Of a stretch of 64,000 nucleotides of DNA, positions 30,380-44,775 are shown piece after piece. The position numbers and the translations under genes were made by a program. Within the stretch, counting starts at the first letter, position 1; every line of letters starts with the position of its first letter. Source of the stretch: the human T2T-CHM13v2.0 reference genome, Homo sapiens; assembly GCF_009914755.1 (NCBI RefSeq), contig NC_060934.1; one strand, 5' to 3'. The notes beneath the pieces are model-generated. The model did not search any database and was not told the origin of the DNA. It worked only from the letters and a program-made list of their open reading frames with translations.

Positions 30380-30720
30380 TCCAAGAAACTCCTGTGTCTG
30401 GCTGAGGAGTAAAGAGAGTGGAACCCAGAGGGTGTCACCTGCCTCGTTGAAGGTCTCATAAGCCAAATTAAAGAGTTCAGTTTTATTTTGAAAGAAATGA
30501 GCAGGAGCCTCTGGAGGGTTTTAAGCATAGGGTTGATGTAGTCAAATCTGTGGTTTAGAAAAATCAACTGTCCAGTCCCAGGAGCTTGGAGGAAGGAGGC
30601 AGGAAGACCAACAGGAGACTGTTGAAGTAAGTCTGGTAATAAACAATGAGGGCTTCAGGTGATTCGTGATCATAGGGATGAAAGAGGGGGAAAATGAAGA
30701 CATACCGGGATATTTGTGGA
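30380..30720 (-). mobile_element. L2 fragment
   Basis: GGAGCCTCTGGAGGGTTTTAAGCA...TGTGGTTTAGAAAAATC. Confidence 0.6.
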
Positions 30721-30834
30721 AGAAAATCCAGCTTTCTAATATAATTATATATTATACAAACTATAATGTTACGCAGAGACCAATGAAGCGAATCACACAC
30801 TCAAGCTATTCTTTTAAGAAGTTTGGCATTTTGT

Positions 30835-31165
<331 letters not shown>

Positions 31166-32127
31166 TCACTAACATTATGTGTCAACACCCATTGAATTTA
31201 AGGAGCAGTTGTTCAAGTTTGATCATGAGCACATGGACTGCACACAGTTGTCTGCCCAAGGTGCTGAGCATCCATTTGGCTGAATTCTTAATGAACCACG
31301 AGGCTCACTTCATTCTTCACTCCTTTAAAGACCAAGATGACTTTGGCCAGCATATTCAAAATGCATCTTAACTCTTCTCTGTGTTTTGTCCATTTCAAAT
31401 GATATGTGCCCTAGTTTGGGTTCACTAGAAACAGATGTTTTTGAAGAATCAGACACACAAGAAGAATTATTGAGGAAGGGAGAAGGCTGGACGAGTTTCA
31501 GACTATAATGCAGGCTGACTCCCAGGGAAAGAAATTGGACAGGAAGGAGCACTGGGGAGGAAGCGTCTCAAACCACAGTCCTCGAGTCAGAGCCACACGC
31601 CTCTTGCTGGAGTGGGCTTGCCTTAGTGCCTCTGCTATGCTCAGCCGTCCCAGGGATCAGCCCCCTGGGGAGTGTGGCTCAGCACATTGTGGTGCTGAAT
31701 CCGGAAGCAGCACCTGGGGCCAGTCAGGCAATTTTGCTCTTCACAGTAGGAGACCTGAGTGGTACATTTTCATGGCCACCCGCCTTCTCTCTATTTTCTG
31801 TTCTTCTGGCCTTTGCTCTCCAAAATACCATTTTTCTCTAAGCCTGTATTCTTCCTCTACAAAATCAGAAATATGATAATCGAATCTTAAGCATTCTTCC
31901 AACATTTGACAAAGATGAGGAACTCAGCCCTGGGCACCCAAGAGGTCCCCATGAAACTTTATAGCAGGAAAATATTATTCTCATTTTTGTTAGGGTTCAT
32001 TCCTTTTCTCCAGTCCCACATCCCCCAGCATAGTGTTGTGCCTACGTCGCTAAGGGAATTGTGCCCCATTCCCACACTGTAAAAAGATGCCAGAATGCAC
32101 CAAATTCCACAGTACACCATCAGGCCA

Positions 32128-32212
32128 CTCTCTTTCTCTCTCTCTCTCTCTCTCGTGTGTGTGTGTATGTGTGTGTGTGTGTGTGTGCGTGTGCGTGTGC
32201 ATGCGCGCATGT
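32128..32212. repeat. Compound (CT)n(GT)n/(GC) microsatellite
   Basis: Direct reading. Confidence 0.95.
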
Positions 32213-32359
32213 TTTGGGGGGAGGTATTCTCCCACAGTGTTAGCTTTTAAATGTTTTAAGTCGCTGGCTTTTTTTTTTTTTTCTCTAGAAGACCTGGTGA
32301 TTTTATCATAAACAGTTTCTGAAGATCCTCCTGGCCTAGATGAGCTGTTCACCTTTGAA

Positions 32360-32373
32360 GTTGCTATGGAAAC
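32360..32373. promoter_or_regulatory. RFX X-box motif
   Basis: GTTGCTATGGAAAC fits X-box consensus GTNRYY-AT-RGNAAC. Confidence 0.5.
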
Positions 32374-32978
32374 CAGTGCGGTTTTTTTAAATATATAAAT
32401 TATTGATGTAGAGGAAAGAGAGGCTGTGATGCTTCAAAGAAAGGCAAATGAGGCATTGGAAGATATGAAAAAGTGAAATACCTAAACATATTAAGTATCA
32501 AGAACAACCTTTCCATCTTCACTCAAGCTGTCCTATTAATAATAGGAAGCTTTCAGGAATTCTATACGTAAGGAATAAGAGCTCTTATTTCTGTGCCCAA
32601 AGGTCAATTAGCACCAGTTGGCTGAATAAGTGGATGAAGAATGGGAAATACAGCAACCCCGAGACAGTGTTAGGTAAACTATCCTGGTCACAATCTACTG
32701 TTGGAATGAAAGGCGTTGATCACCTCATGATTAGCTGGTTGTCACAGCTTTCCATCAGCTCTGTTCCTTAAACCCTGAGAGTTTCCACCATGAATCACTC
32801 ATTCACTTTGGACAATTCTATTTTCTGGGTTGTGGAGGTTTGAAAATTGGTGTCCACAAAAATATCACACTGTGAAGTAGCTCAAAAAAGCCAGCGGTGG
32901 TATACTATTGTAGGCCAGAGGCTTCTGGCTGAATCAATGTAACCACTATATCCAGGTGTTATGATCTCTCAAGCATAA

Positions 32979-33400
<422 letters not shown>

Positions 33401-33834
33401 GAGATTCCCTGCCTTCAAAGAAGAGGGATCCCCACTCAAAGAAGGACTTACCTGGCTGCTAAGAGTGCTGCTGCCCCTTCAGCTCCTGCCTCAGCTGCAA
33501 AGAGCTGCCTTGCCTAGTGTTACACTCTTCCTGGGATGGCTTGTACTCAGTAATGGATGAAAGCCGGCGTATAAAGTCCCAGCTATTTCAGTCCATTGCA
33601 GAGCAATTCTGATGCTTTTTGGCTCACAGCCACCTGTTGGACTGGTCAAGGATGTTGGGCCTGCATCTCAATTTGCCTTCTTTCTCAGCCTGATCTAGCT
33701 TCCTTCTCTCTTCCACATGTGTTGATTTCAAGGGTGCTTCCTAATAAACATCCTGAGCAGTGAACTCCATCTCAGTCTGCTTGCCAGAGGACCCAAATTG
33801 CAGCAATTCCTCCCAGCCCCATGCCACCTGGCAA

Positions 33835-33925
33835 TGCCAAGTAAAATACAAAATGCCTGGTTAAATTTGAATTTGAGATAAGCAACTAATACCTTTTTAG
33901 TATAGGTATGTCCCAAATATTTTTA
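33835..33925. mobile_element. MER53-like fragment
   Basis: GTTAAATTTGAATTTGAGATAAGC...TAGTATAGGTATGTCCC. Confidence 0.6.
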
Positions 33926-34672
33926 TGGCCTAATCTGTATGCCTAGTATGACATTGGATTAAATAAATGTTTGTTGGATGAACTAGAATTTTAGGATCCT
34001 GTCTTACAATAGAGAACCCTGTTACACAGAAGAGGCAGAGGTGGGCAATGGTTCCTTGCACTTCATTATGCAAGTATTTTACAAAATGTTCACAGATAAG
34101 CAATATCTCAATTACCTGGGGGTGCTTGTATAAATGCAGATTCTCAGGACTCACCAGATTTACTGAAGGAGAACCTCTGGGGCTGACCCCTGGAAATTTG
34201 CATTTGTAGTAAGCCTCCTAAGTGATTCTTCTGCTCCTAAAGTTTAAGAAGCTTCCATACTATGACCTGTGGCCTTGAACTAGAAAGACCAGTTTGATCC
34301 AAATTAGGAAGGCCTGTCTCTGAAGTCAACCAAGAACTGTAGAAAGCAGAGAATCAGTCCTGTCTCTATCTGTTTGGCCACTCTCTTTCTCTTTCCCCTT
34401 GAATCTCCTTCAGATGGAAAGTAAGTTCCTGGACCAGGCTGATCATCATAGTCTCTGGGAGCAGAGTTTAAAAGAATGCAGGTCTACGAAGTCATAGCCA
34501 AGGAGAATATTATGCTGACCACAACAGGGGCTGTGAGAAGTCAGAGTCACTGGGAAAGACTTTAGGGAGGAGATAGCTTTAAATGACAGGCAACGTTTGC
34601 ACAGGCCCATTGGAAAGGCTTGAGCATTCTAGAATAACTGAGTCTACAGGCTTAGAGGCAGGATAAGCATGT

Positions 34673-35021
34673 TGTATTAATCTGTTTTTTATGCTACTAA
34701 TAAAGACATACCAAGACTGGGTAATTTATAAAGGAAAGAGATTCAATTAACTCATGGTTCCACATGGCTGGGGAGGCCTCACAATCATGGCAGAAGGTGA
34801 ATAAGGAGCAAAGTCACATCTTACATGGCAGCAGGCAAGAGAGCATGTGCAGGTGAACTCCCCTTTATAAAACCATCAGATCTCGTGAGACTTATTCATT
34901 ACCACGAGAACAGTATGGGGGAAACCACCCCCATGATTCAATTATCTCCACCTGCCTTGATATATGGGGATTATTACAATTCAAGGTGAGATTTGGGTGG
35001 GGACACAGCCAAACCATATCA
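34673..35021 (-). mobile_element. THE1 solo LTR
   Basis: TGTATTAATCTG...CAGCCAAACCATATCA; perfect TSD CATGT (34668-34672, 35022-35026). Confidence 0.92.
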
Positions 35022-35679
35022 CATGTCATAGGAGGCACTTACTGTTAGAAGGGTCTTGAAACTCAGTGACAAGGTGGCTTAAGATCCAGGTGGCAGATGC
35101 AGGAACCTAGCTTCAACACGGAGCCTCAGATTCCTGCTGCAAGATGTTCCACTGGAAATAAGAGAAGGAATCTTCCAAAGGGTTTAATCAGATCTCAGTG
35201 CATGAATACAGAACACTAAATAACTATTGTCAGTTCACAGATTGGTGCCCCAGTCAGCTGAACATTGGAGTCCAAAAACTCACCTTCATGTTTTAGACCT
35301 TTGCTGAAGTCTTCCTCACATAACACTCTATTCCCTTTTCCCCAGGCTAAAGGTGCATGGAATAGGTGGATGGTTTTCCCCAGATGTCAAGAAATGCCAA
35401 AAAAATTGTCTCCCCTGCCCTTTACTATTATTTAAGAAACAGTAATATTTATGACTAAGAAGGCATCAAGACATTTGGCTTTTGAAGAATGTGTCACCTC
35501 CATGGAGGGGTGAGGTGAAGGTTGTCACTCTTGACATACGCCTGGCTGGGGCAGCAGGTACATGTAGGGAAGAATTAAAAATAAGTTTGATAATTGATTA
35601 CAATTTTTCAGGCATGAAAAGCTGAGATCGACAGTTCATCTCAGTCCATCTTTTGGGACTAATTTTCTTCTTGTCATTC

Positions 35680-35985
35680 AGGTCTTAGCACATGTCACCT
35701 TCTCAGAGAGGCTGTCCTTAAGCACCAAATCTCTCCCACCCCACTCTATTACTCTTATCACATCACACCGTTTTATTTGTTTTATTTTGTTTAGAATGCA
35801 AGTCATATATTTAAAATTATCTCTCATTTATTTGCCTGTTTGGTATCTTTCTCCACACTAGAAAGTAAACTCCATGAGAGCTAGTCCATGTCTGTTTTGT
35901 TCACAGCTATAATCCCTCACCTAGCATTGTGCTTGGCATTTAGTAAGTACTCAATACAACAGTTTTTGAATGAATGAATTAATGA
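35680..35985 (+). mobile_element. L2 3' end
   Basis: GTAAACTCCATGAG...GTACTCAATA...TGAATGAATGAA terminus. Confidence 0.75.
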
Positions 35986-36301
35986 ACTTAAATGTTTACA
36001 TTAAATGCCTTTAATGTTTGTTAATCCATACCAGAAACATTAATGCTGCAGGGGCCCCCAACTTGCACCATTCCCCAGAATCCATGTGGACCACTTTGTA
36101 AGTCCTGAACTACATTTTAAAAGCCACTCATCTATGCAAGTTCAGTGCAGAAAAACACAAAAGTTGAACATTTGAAGACTTTTCCTCAAACTGCAGCAGA
36201 GGGTTTTCTGATTTGACACTGAGAAAAAACAGCAAGTCAGTCAATATCCAATGTAAATGCAAGGGGTGAAAGGTATTAATTCTTCATAAACTTTACATTT
36301 T

Positions 36302-36328
36302 ATTTTATTTTGCTTTATTTAGAGACAG

Positions 36329-36406
<78 letters not shown>

Positions 36407-36669
36407 CTCTCCAGGCTGGAGTGCAGTGGTGCAACCTTGGTTCACTGTAGCCTCAACCTCCTGGGCTCAACTGCTCCGCTCACCTCAGCGTCCCAAGTAG
36501 CTGGGACTACAGGCACATACCACCATGCCTGGCTAATTTTTATACTATTTGTAGAGACAGGGTCTAAATATGTCGCCCAGGCTTGTCTTGAACTCCTGGG
36601 CTCAAGCGATCCTCCCGCCTTACCCTCTCAAAGTGCTGAGATTACTGGTATGTGCTACTGTGCCCAGCC
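36302..36669 (-). mobile_element. AluJ containing an internal (TC)n expansion (36331-36410)
   Basis: Alu arms; TSD TAAACTTTACATTTT. Confidence 0.9.
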
Positions 36670-37594
36670 TAAACTTTACATTTTGAAACGTTTTAGCATG
36701 AAAAACTCAAATGTGTGACTTTCTCTTAAATGTTATCTCAGAAAAAAACTTGTGAGCCTTTCTAATGAGTAAAAACTTATTTTAAAAAACCTAAATAACA
36801 CTTGCCACAATCTACTTGTCTGATGGAATATTTTGTTAAAATTTAGGTGGCAAAAAAAAACAAATTTAATTAATCACTAAAAACTCAGAGTTCAGTCAAA
36901 GATAAAATAACTGGAAAATAGAATTTTGAAAGCTCCCGTAAGTCAGTGAAATTGTCTGCACACAACTTCCCAGTAAGTAAGATCATAATATTAAATGTAG
37001 TTATCTGCATCCTTGGTTTAATTGTTTTGAATGTCTCAATGGCTCATTTCTTCAGACCTGCAAAAACCAGAATTTTCCTAAAAACATGCAAATATGACTT
37101 GTAAATCCTTTACCCTTCTGAAGTCTATGTATCTATAATTATGTTCCCTGGTTTTAAAAAGGAAGCTGCTAAATAATCTGCTCCTTTGAAAGAAATGTTA
37201 AGGAATTTCAAGGTTGTTAAATCTATAAGTTGGTTAATTAGGTTGAGGTAGGCTCTTTGTGTTTCTGTTATTGATGTGGAAACTTGTGTCTTGATTCATT
37301 CATTTCTTTTTAATGTTATTTGAATTGAAGGCCTTATGTCATCACTGAATGATGTTTCTTGACTTCAAAGCCTCTTTGTTCCTAACAGAACCTAGCACAA
37401 TCCATTCATTCAAAAAATATTTTTAAAGTACCTGCTATGATTTAGATATGACAGAAACAGCAGTGAAAAAAGACCTCTGTCTCCTTGGAGCTTGCATTTT
37501 GGTGGTGAAGACAGACAATGAATAAGATAAATAAGTAAAATATATGCTCTGCTAGATTGTGACAAGTGTTAAGGAAAAAACTAAGCAGAGAAGA

Positions 37595-40308
37595 TATATT
37601 AATCTATCTTTGCACAGCTATGAAGAGACATCTGAGACTGGGTAATTTACAAAGAAAAGAGGTTTAATTGGTTCATGGTTCTACGGGCTGTACGGGAAGC
37701 ATTACATCTTCTGCTCAGCTTCTGGGGAGGTCTCAGGAAACTTACAATCATGGCAGAAGGTGAAGGTGAGGCAGGCACCTCTTACATGGCCAGAGCAGGA
37801 AGAAGAGAGAGATGGGGGAGGTACTACACACTTTTAAACAACCAGATCTTATGAGAACTCTATCATGAGAACAGCACTAGGAAGATGGTGCTTAACTATT
37901 AAAAACCACCCCCATGATTTAATCACCTCCCATCAGGCCCCACCTCTAACATTGGGGATTACAATTGAACATGAGATTTGGGTGAGGACACAGATCCAAA
38001 CCATATTATTTTACCTCTAACTCCTCCAAATCTCATGGCCTTCTCATATTACAAAATACAATCATGCCTTCCCAATAGTCCCCCAAAGTCTTAACTCATT
38101 CCAGCATTAATTCAAAAGTCCAAAGTCCCATCTGAGACAAGACTAGTCCCTTCCACCTATGAGCCTATAAAATCAAAAATAAGTTAAAAACTCCCAAGAT
38201 ACAATGGGGGGTATAGGCATTGAGTAAATACTCCCATTCCAGAAGGGAGAAATCTGCCAAAGAAAAGGGGCTACAGGCCCCATGCAAGTCCAAAATCCAG
38301 CATTGCAGGCATTAAATCCTAAAGCCCCAAAATAATCTCTTTTGACTCCATGTATCACATCCAGGTATGAAGGATGGGTTACCAAGGCCTTGAGCAGCTT
38401 GTCCCCGTGGCTCTGCAAGTCTCTGCCCCATAGCTGCTCTCAAGGGCTTGCATTGAATTCCTGCAGCTTTTCCAGTTGCAGGGAGCAAGCTGCTGGTGGA
38501 TGTACCATTCTGGGGTCTGGAGGAAGGTGGCCCTCTTCTCACAGCTCCACTAGGCAGTGACCCAACTGGGATTCTGTGTGAAGGCTCCAATCCATTTCCC
38601 CTCTGCATTGCCCTAGTAGAGGTTCTCCATGAGGGCTCCACCCCTGCAACAGCCTTCTGCCTGGACTTCCAGGCTTTTCCATGCATCTTCTGAAATCTAG
38701 GTGGAGGCTCCCAAGCCTCAACTCTTGCCCTCTGCACACCTGTAGCCTTAACACCATGTAGAAGTCACCAAGGCTTACAGCTTGCAACCTCTGAAGCAAC
38801 AGCCCAAGCTGTAACTAGAGCCCTTTTAGCTACAGCTGGAGCTGGAGCAGCTGGGATGCAAGCAGCAGTGTCCTAAGGCTGCACAGAGTAGCAAGGGGTC
38901 CTGGGGCCAGCCCATAAAGCCATTTTTCCCCCCTAGACCTCCAGGCCTGTAATGGCAGGGGCTGCCTCGAAAGTCTCTGAAATGCCTTGGAGGGCTTTTT
39001 CCCATTGTCTTGGCTATCAGCATTTGGATCCTCTTTACTTATGCAAATCTCTATAGCTGGCTTTAATTCCTCCCCTGAAAATGGCCCTTTCTTTTCTACC
39101 ACATGGCCAGGCTGCAAATTTTCTAAACTTTTATACTCTGCTTCCCTTTTACATATAAGTTCAAGTTTCAGGTCATTTCTTTGCTCACCATGTATGAACA
39201 TGCACTGTGAGAAGCAACCGGGCCACATCTTGAATGACCTGCTGCTTGGAAATTTGTTCCACCAGATACCCTAAATCATCACTCTCAAGTTCAAAGTTCT
39301 ACAGATCCCTAGAGCAGGGGCACACTGCCTCAAGGTTCTTTGATAATGCATAACAAAAATTACCTTTGCTTCAGTTCCCAATAAGTTCCTCATTTCCATC
39401 TAAGGCCTCCTTAGCCTGGACTTTATTGTTTATATCACTATAAGCATTTTGGTCACAACAAACTTTTCCTCATCTTCCTGTCTTTTTCTGAGCCCTCCAC
39501 ACTCTTCCAGTTTCTGCTTGTAACGTTACCCAATTCCAAAGCTGCTTCCACATTTTCAGATATCTTTATAGCAATGCCCCACTTCTCAGTACCAATTTTC
39601 TGTAATGGTCCATTGTCACACTGCTATAAAGAAATAACTGAGACTGCATAATTTACAAAGAAAAGAGGTTTAATTGGCTGACAGTTCTGCAGGCTGCACA
39701 GGAAGCATGATGTCTTCTGGGGAGGTGTTAGGAAATTTTCTTTTTTCTTTTTTTTTCTTTTGAGACGGAGTCTTGCTCTGTGGCCCAGGCTGGAGTGCAG
39801 TGGCATGATCTCGGCTCACTGCAACCTCCCCACCTCCCGGGTTCACACCATTCTCCTGCCTCAGCCTCCCAAGTAGCTGAGACTACAGGTGCCTGCCACC
39901 ACTCCCGGCTAAGTTTTTGTATTTTAGTAGAGATGGGGTTTCAACGTGTTAGCCAGGATGGTCTCAATATCCTGACTTCGTGATCTGCCTGCATTGGCCT
40001 CTCAAAGTGCTGGGATTACAGGAGGCCCGTGTTAGGAAATTTTCAATCATGGCAGAAGGCAAAGGGGAGGCAGGCCTTCTTCTTACATGACCAGAGCAGG
40101 AGGGGGAGAAAGAGGGGGAAGGTGCTATGCACTCTTAAACAGCCAGATCTTATGAGAACTCTATCATGAGAACAGCACTAGGGGGATGGTGCTAAACCAT
40201 TAGAGACTGCACCCATGATCCAATCATCTCCTATGAGGCCCCACCTCCAACTTGGGGATTACAACTGAACGTGAGATTTGTGTGGGGACACAGATCCAAA
40301 CCATATCA
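37595..40308 (-). mobile_element. Near-complete MST (MaLR) element: LTR 37595-38008, internal region 38009-39600, LTR 39601-40308
   Basis: Two homologous LTRs ending CCAAACCATAT(T/C)A; MaLR-internal sequence with ORF remnant LELICKREAEYKSLENLQPGHVVEKK (38830-39228, -); TSD GAAGA/GAAGT. Confidence 0.9.
39740..40028 (-). mobile_element. Alu (Y/Sc-like) inserted in the MST LTR
   Basis: TSD GTGTTAGGAAATTTT flanks; Alu 5' end partly deleted. Confidence 0.9.
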
Positions 40309-41592
40309 GAAGTGTTCATAGGAAATGTTTATTTGGGGAGGGAACTTTCAGATAGCATGCCCAAAAAAGGTCTCAGGGACACAAGATGTCATTTGAGTAA
40401 AGTTGGGTAGAAAGAGAAGGCATGCCAAGCAGACAGAAAGCACTAGTTACCTATGTATTGAATAACTGAACCATGGCCAGTTAATTTCTCAGCTTTCATT
40501 GTATCTGGCATGTCTTCTCCATTTGGGGGCTGATGTGTTTATATTGTAGATGCCCTGCCCTTTCTCATAACCTTTGAATTGTGTTCTTATTCACAGCCCG
40601 TAAACAATGATCCCAAATGGAGCAGATGCTCATATCTACATCCTCAAGAATAAATGGCTTCCCCGTCAGAACTTGGCTGGATATGTGGGGGTTAATGCAG
40701 TAGCTTGGATTGGGGGAAGGAAAGCAACATCACCTGCAGCTGTTTGAATATGGAATAGCACCACAGGGCATAAATAAAGAAAATAAAATTGAAAGAATCA
40801 ATGAATTCTGAAGAGAAAACAAAGGCAGAGGCCTTCTTATTGAAGGTTTTAGACAGAAAAATAGCAACTCATAACAAACGACAATGTGAAAACTCTGCAC
40901 TATAAACTAGTGTCCTCTCTCCGACATGTGCCAGACTTATCTTTCCTTTGGATTTTTATCCGTCCTTATCTACTTGCCATACCCAAACAGCATGTTATTC
41001 TCAGGATGAACCACAGCCACAAGAGACCTCGTGCTCTTTGAGTGTTCTGTGCACCTGCATGTGCTGTGCACTCCTGACCTTTAACTTCTTGCTCACTCCT
41101 CCAGGACTGTACCCAAAATTTCACCTTCTCTGTAAAAGCTCATTGAACTGCAACACTTAAAAATGGTGTATATCATTGTAGGTGAATTACAGTTCAAAAA
41201 ATAAAAGTTAAAAACAAAACCAAAAACATTCACTTCATTTGAGAACCCTTCATGGTACAATCTCCCACTCCTGCCCCCACTCCAGCAGGGTTGGCCATCA
41301 AACTTGGCAGTTCCAGAACCTGGGGATGACCTTGCTAGTGAGCCAAGGGGGCCAAAGCTAGGGATGTTAGTGCATCTGGTAACAGCCCAGGTAGATTATT
41401 GCCTTTTTTAATCCATTCCGCATTCCTTCTTCTTTTTTCTTTCAACAGCACACAGGTACTTTTGGCCCCCTGGGGTTTTGTTCAATACTACTATCAAGTT
41501 ATTAATGAGTAAATATAAATTTTAATATTTCTCCCATCCTTGCTCCCTTCTGGAACACTGATTCAAACTCTGTATCATAATTTTGACCTGTC

Positions 41593-41620
41593 CCATCCAT
41601 CCATCCATCCATCCATCCAT
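41593..41620. repeat. (CCAT)n tetranucleotide repeat
   Basis: Direct reading. Confidence 0.9.
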
Positions 41621-41627
41621 TTATCTT

Positions 41628-41875
41628 GTAATGGTTAATAGCACAGACTCTGAACTCCAACTGCCTAGGTTGAAATAGCAGCTTCTTCACTTATAAAGCA
41701 ACCTTGGACACATTACTTAACCTCTCTGAAACTTAATTTACTCATTGCTAAAGTGGGATAGTAATAGTCTTTATTTCTGAGAGTTTCAGGGAGAATTGAA
41801 TGGGTTAATGCATATAAGATGCAAAGACAATGCCCAGCACACAGGGAACACTCAATAAATGTTATTATTCACTAT
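41628..41875 (+). mobile_element. MIR, near full length
   Basis: TGGTTAATAGCACAGACTCTG...ACCTTGGACACATTACTTAACCTCTCTG. Confidence 0.8.
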
Positions 41876-42369
41876 TTATCATTCACTGAGTAGACACTAT
41901 ATGCCAGAATTGAGTTTGACATGTGGGGAAAAAAGGACAATAAATGACACAGGGACCCTAACTTCAAGGAACTGAGATTATGAGGGAAGGTTGACAGACA
42001 GACAGACAGACAAGTATAATAGAATGTATCAGTGCTGTAATGAGACAAGTTCTGAGTCAATGAAAAGAGTCCCCAGCTCTCATTGGGAGATCAGTCAAGT
42101 GAAGGCGTCTCAGAAGTCGAGAGAGTTAAATCAAGTCCTATAATTCTGGCTTCTTCTGTTTGTTCCCTCAATTTCACCATGACGCTGATGTCTTTGCCCT
42201 GTCCCCATCTTTTCTGACTGCTGCCATGGAGTGACATCTGGACATGGGCATTCTTATGCCTGGTTGGTGTCCTGAATCCCCTGTGACTCTGGCAGGACCA
42301 AGCCTCTTCCTCCAAGAGTAGGCAAATAAGAACAATAATTTTAGTAATATGATAACAAACGTTCTAGTC

Positions 42370-42885
42370 CCCATTTTAATCAAAATAAAAGCAAAAGTCC
42401 TTCTAAAGGCCTCTACGATCCTACTCCATCTGGCCCTGTCACTTCTCTGACATCTTCTATTATGCTCCCCCTTTTGTACTTTGGACCAGCCAGACCTTTT
42501 TGCTGTTTCCTGAGCACACCAGGCATCTTTCCACCTCAGGGCTTTTTGCACTAGCTCCTCCATCCAAAATGCCCTTTCCCAGGTATCAGAAAGGCTCATT
42601 CTCTCACCTTCAAACCATTGCTCGCTTATCAACTTCTCAACTGACCACCCTGTTTAAATTGCGGCACCCAACCCCAGCACTTGTAAGCCCCCTTACCTTG
42701 CTCTAATTTTTAAAGCACATATCATATCCTATAATTCCCCATAATTTATGCATTTATTGTGTTTATTATCTCTTTGTGTCGCTGGATTGTAAGTTTCAGA
42801 AGGGGAGGGATATTTATCTGTTTTAGTCACTGAGCATTCTCTATCAATGGCTAGCACATTGTGGGTGCTCAATAGTTATTAAATG
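42370..42885 (+). mobile_element. L2 3' region
   Basis: CCTCAGGGCTTTTTGCACTAGCT...GATTGTAAGTTTC...GTGCTCAATA. Confidence 0.7.
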
Positions 42886-43843
42886 AGAAGACATTGGCAT
42901 TTACAACCCTCAGGAAAATTTATCTGAGGCCCTGTGCATTAGAAAGCACAGAACTATCTCTCTCTCTTTTAATTATTAAACTACACAAGTGTAAAAAGCT
43001 CATTTTCATTTTAACCTTCAGTCAACAAAGCAATAAAGCTCCTTGAACTTGCTTAATGAGTCCAAGAGGATAATGGCTAATTAACATGAAGCATTCTAGC
43101 TGCTCTGCCAGCTAGCCACTTGCATCACCCTGGGAGCTCAGAAGTGGAGCAGGCCTCTCTGGCTCCCTGCATATCTGCCCACCTGTCTGTCTAAGCACCA
43201 AGGGGTGTCTAAGGTTGGAGGAGAGCAGAGTCAGCTTCCACCTGGGGCTGATACGAGTTCCTAGTTGTTCTTGTCTATAGGGGGCCTGGGGACTCTCTCA
43301 GCCTAGGGCCCTTGTCCTGGACCCTGGTTTGTTGCATTTCTCAAACAGTGATCCAAGAACTATTTAATTAGAACCCAACTCCTGTGATTCCACCCAGGCT
43401 CACAGGATAACTAAGTCTGGATCTTGCTCTCTGGAGTCTTCCCTTTGCCTAGCTTTTCCTGCCTGAATAGCATCCAATTCCTCCTTTTACAGAAACTGAT
43501 GTTCTGGCCACAAATCCAGAACAGATTGCACCAGTCAGGCTGGGTCTGAATCCAGCTGGGCCACTTACTGGCTGCTTGACCTTGGACAAGTTACTCAACC
43601 TTTTGATAATATTGAATTTTACTTGAGCCCTGAGAAAAGAGCAAGTGCTAAGAAATCCCTCCACCATTTTATACTCCAAAATCAGGAAATAGCTAATCTT
43701 GAAAAGGACCACCCTGCCCTAGCATATTTCATGACAAGACCTGCCTCCATCCTTCCTCAGGACTTCTATAAGACTCATTCCCTCACTTACCTGCTTCTAT
43801 AAAACCCAGGCCTCCTTCACTTTCTTTGAGATGGTCCTCATTA

Positions 43844-44163
<320 letters not shown>

Positions 44164-44775
44164 TAAATAAACACTCTCTGTATTGCAATTGCCTGGGTAA
44201 AACTATCTCCTTAATTGTCCAATGCGCTTTGTCTTTCATACTTTTAAGCCCCAATATCCCCGTGTATAAAAAAAGGATAATCAAAACTATTTTATAAGAC
44301 CAGTTGTGAGGATGAAATGAAAAAATGCGTGTATAGTATAGTATGGTAAGCTCTCAATGAATATTTTGGTGCAATTATTATTCCTGTTGTTAATTCCCTC
44401 CAGCCCAGTTTTACCAGGTCCTGGCCTTTATGGTCTCTTGTGCTAATTAATGTCTGCTGGATGTTCTATAACTACACATTTTCCAATCTTGACAACATTG
44501 TTCTAATAGCTTTGCAGGATTTGGTCATATCTAGCCCTACTTAGCCACCACCAACTCTCAAACACACCCTAACATCTTGAATGCTGTCTGAAAACATTGC
44601 TTCAATGCTCCCTCTCCACACACATTTGTTCTGCAAGATCTGGCCTTGCTTCTCCTGTCATATTTGGTTCTTGGTGGTTTTTTTCTACTTTGAGTTGCTT
44701 CTCATTTTTTCTCAGGGTAGGGTGAGGGCTATTTTGGTTTGGGGGAATGCTAGAGCTAATCATGCCCTTGCTGTG

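Noticed and set aside
29921-30405. Six overlapping Y/I/M/C-rich ORFs
   Set aside because: Artefacts of the stop-free (TA)n repeat
38173-39274. Cluster of 65-141-aa ORFs as a possible domesticated gene
   Set aside because: Fragmented, frameshifted MaLR internal sequence
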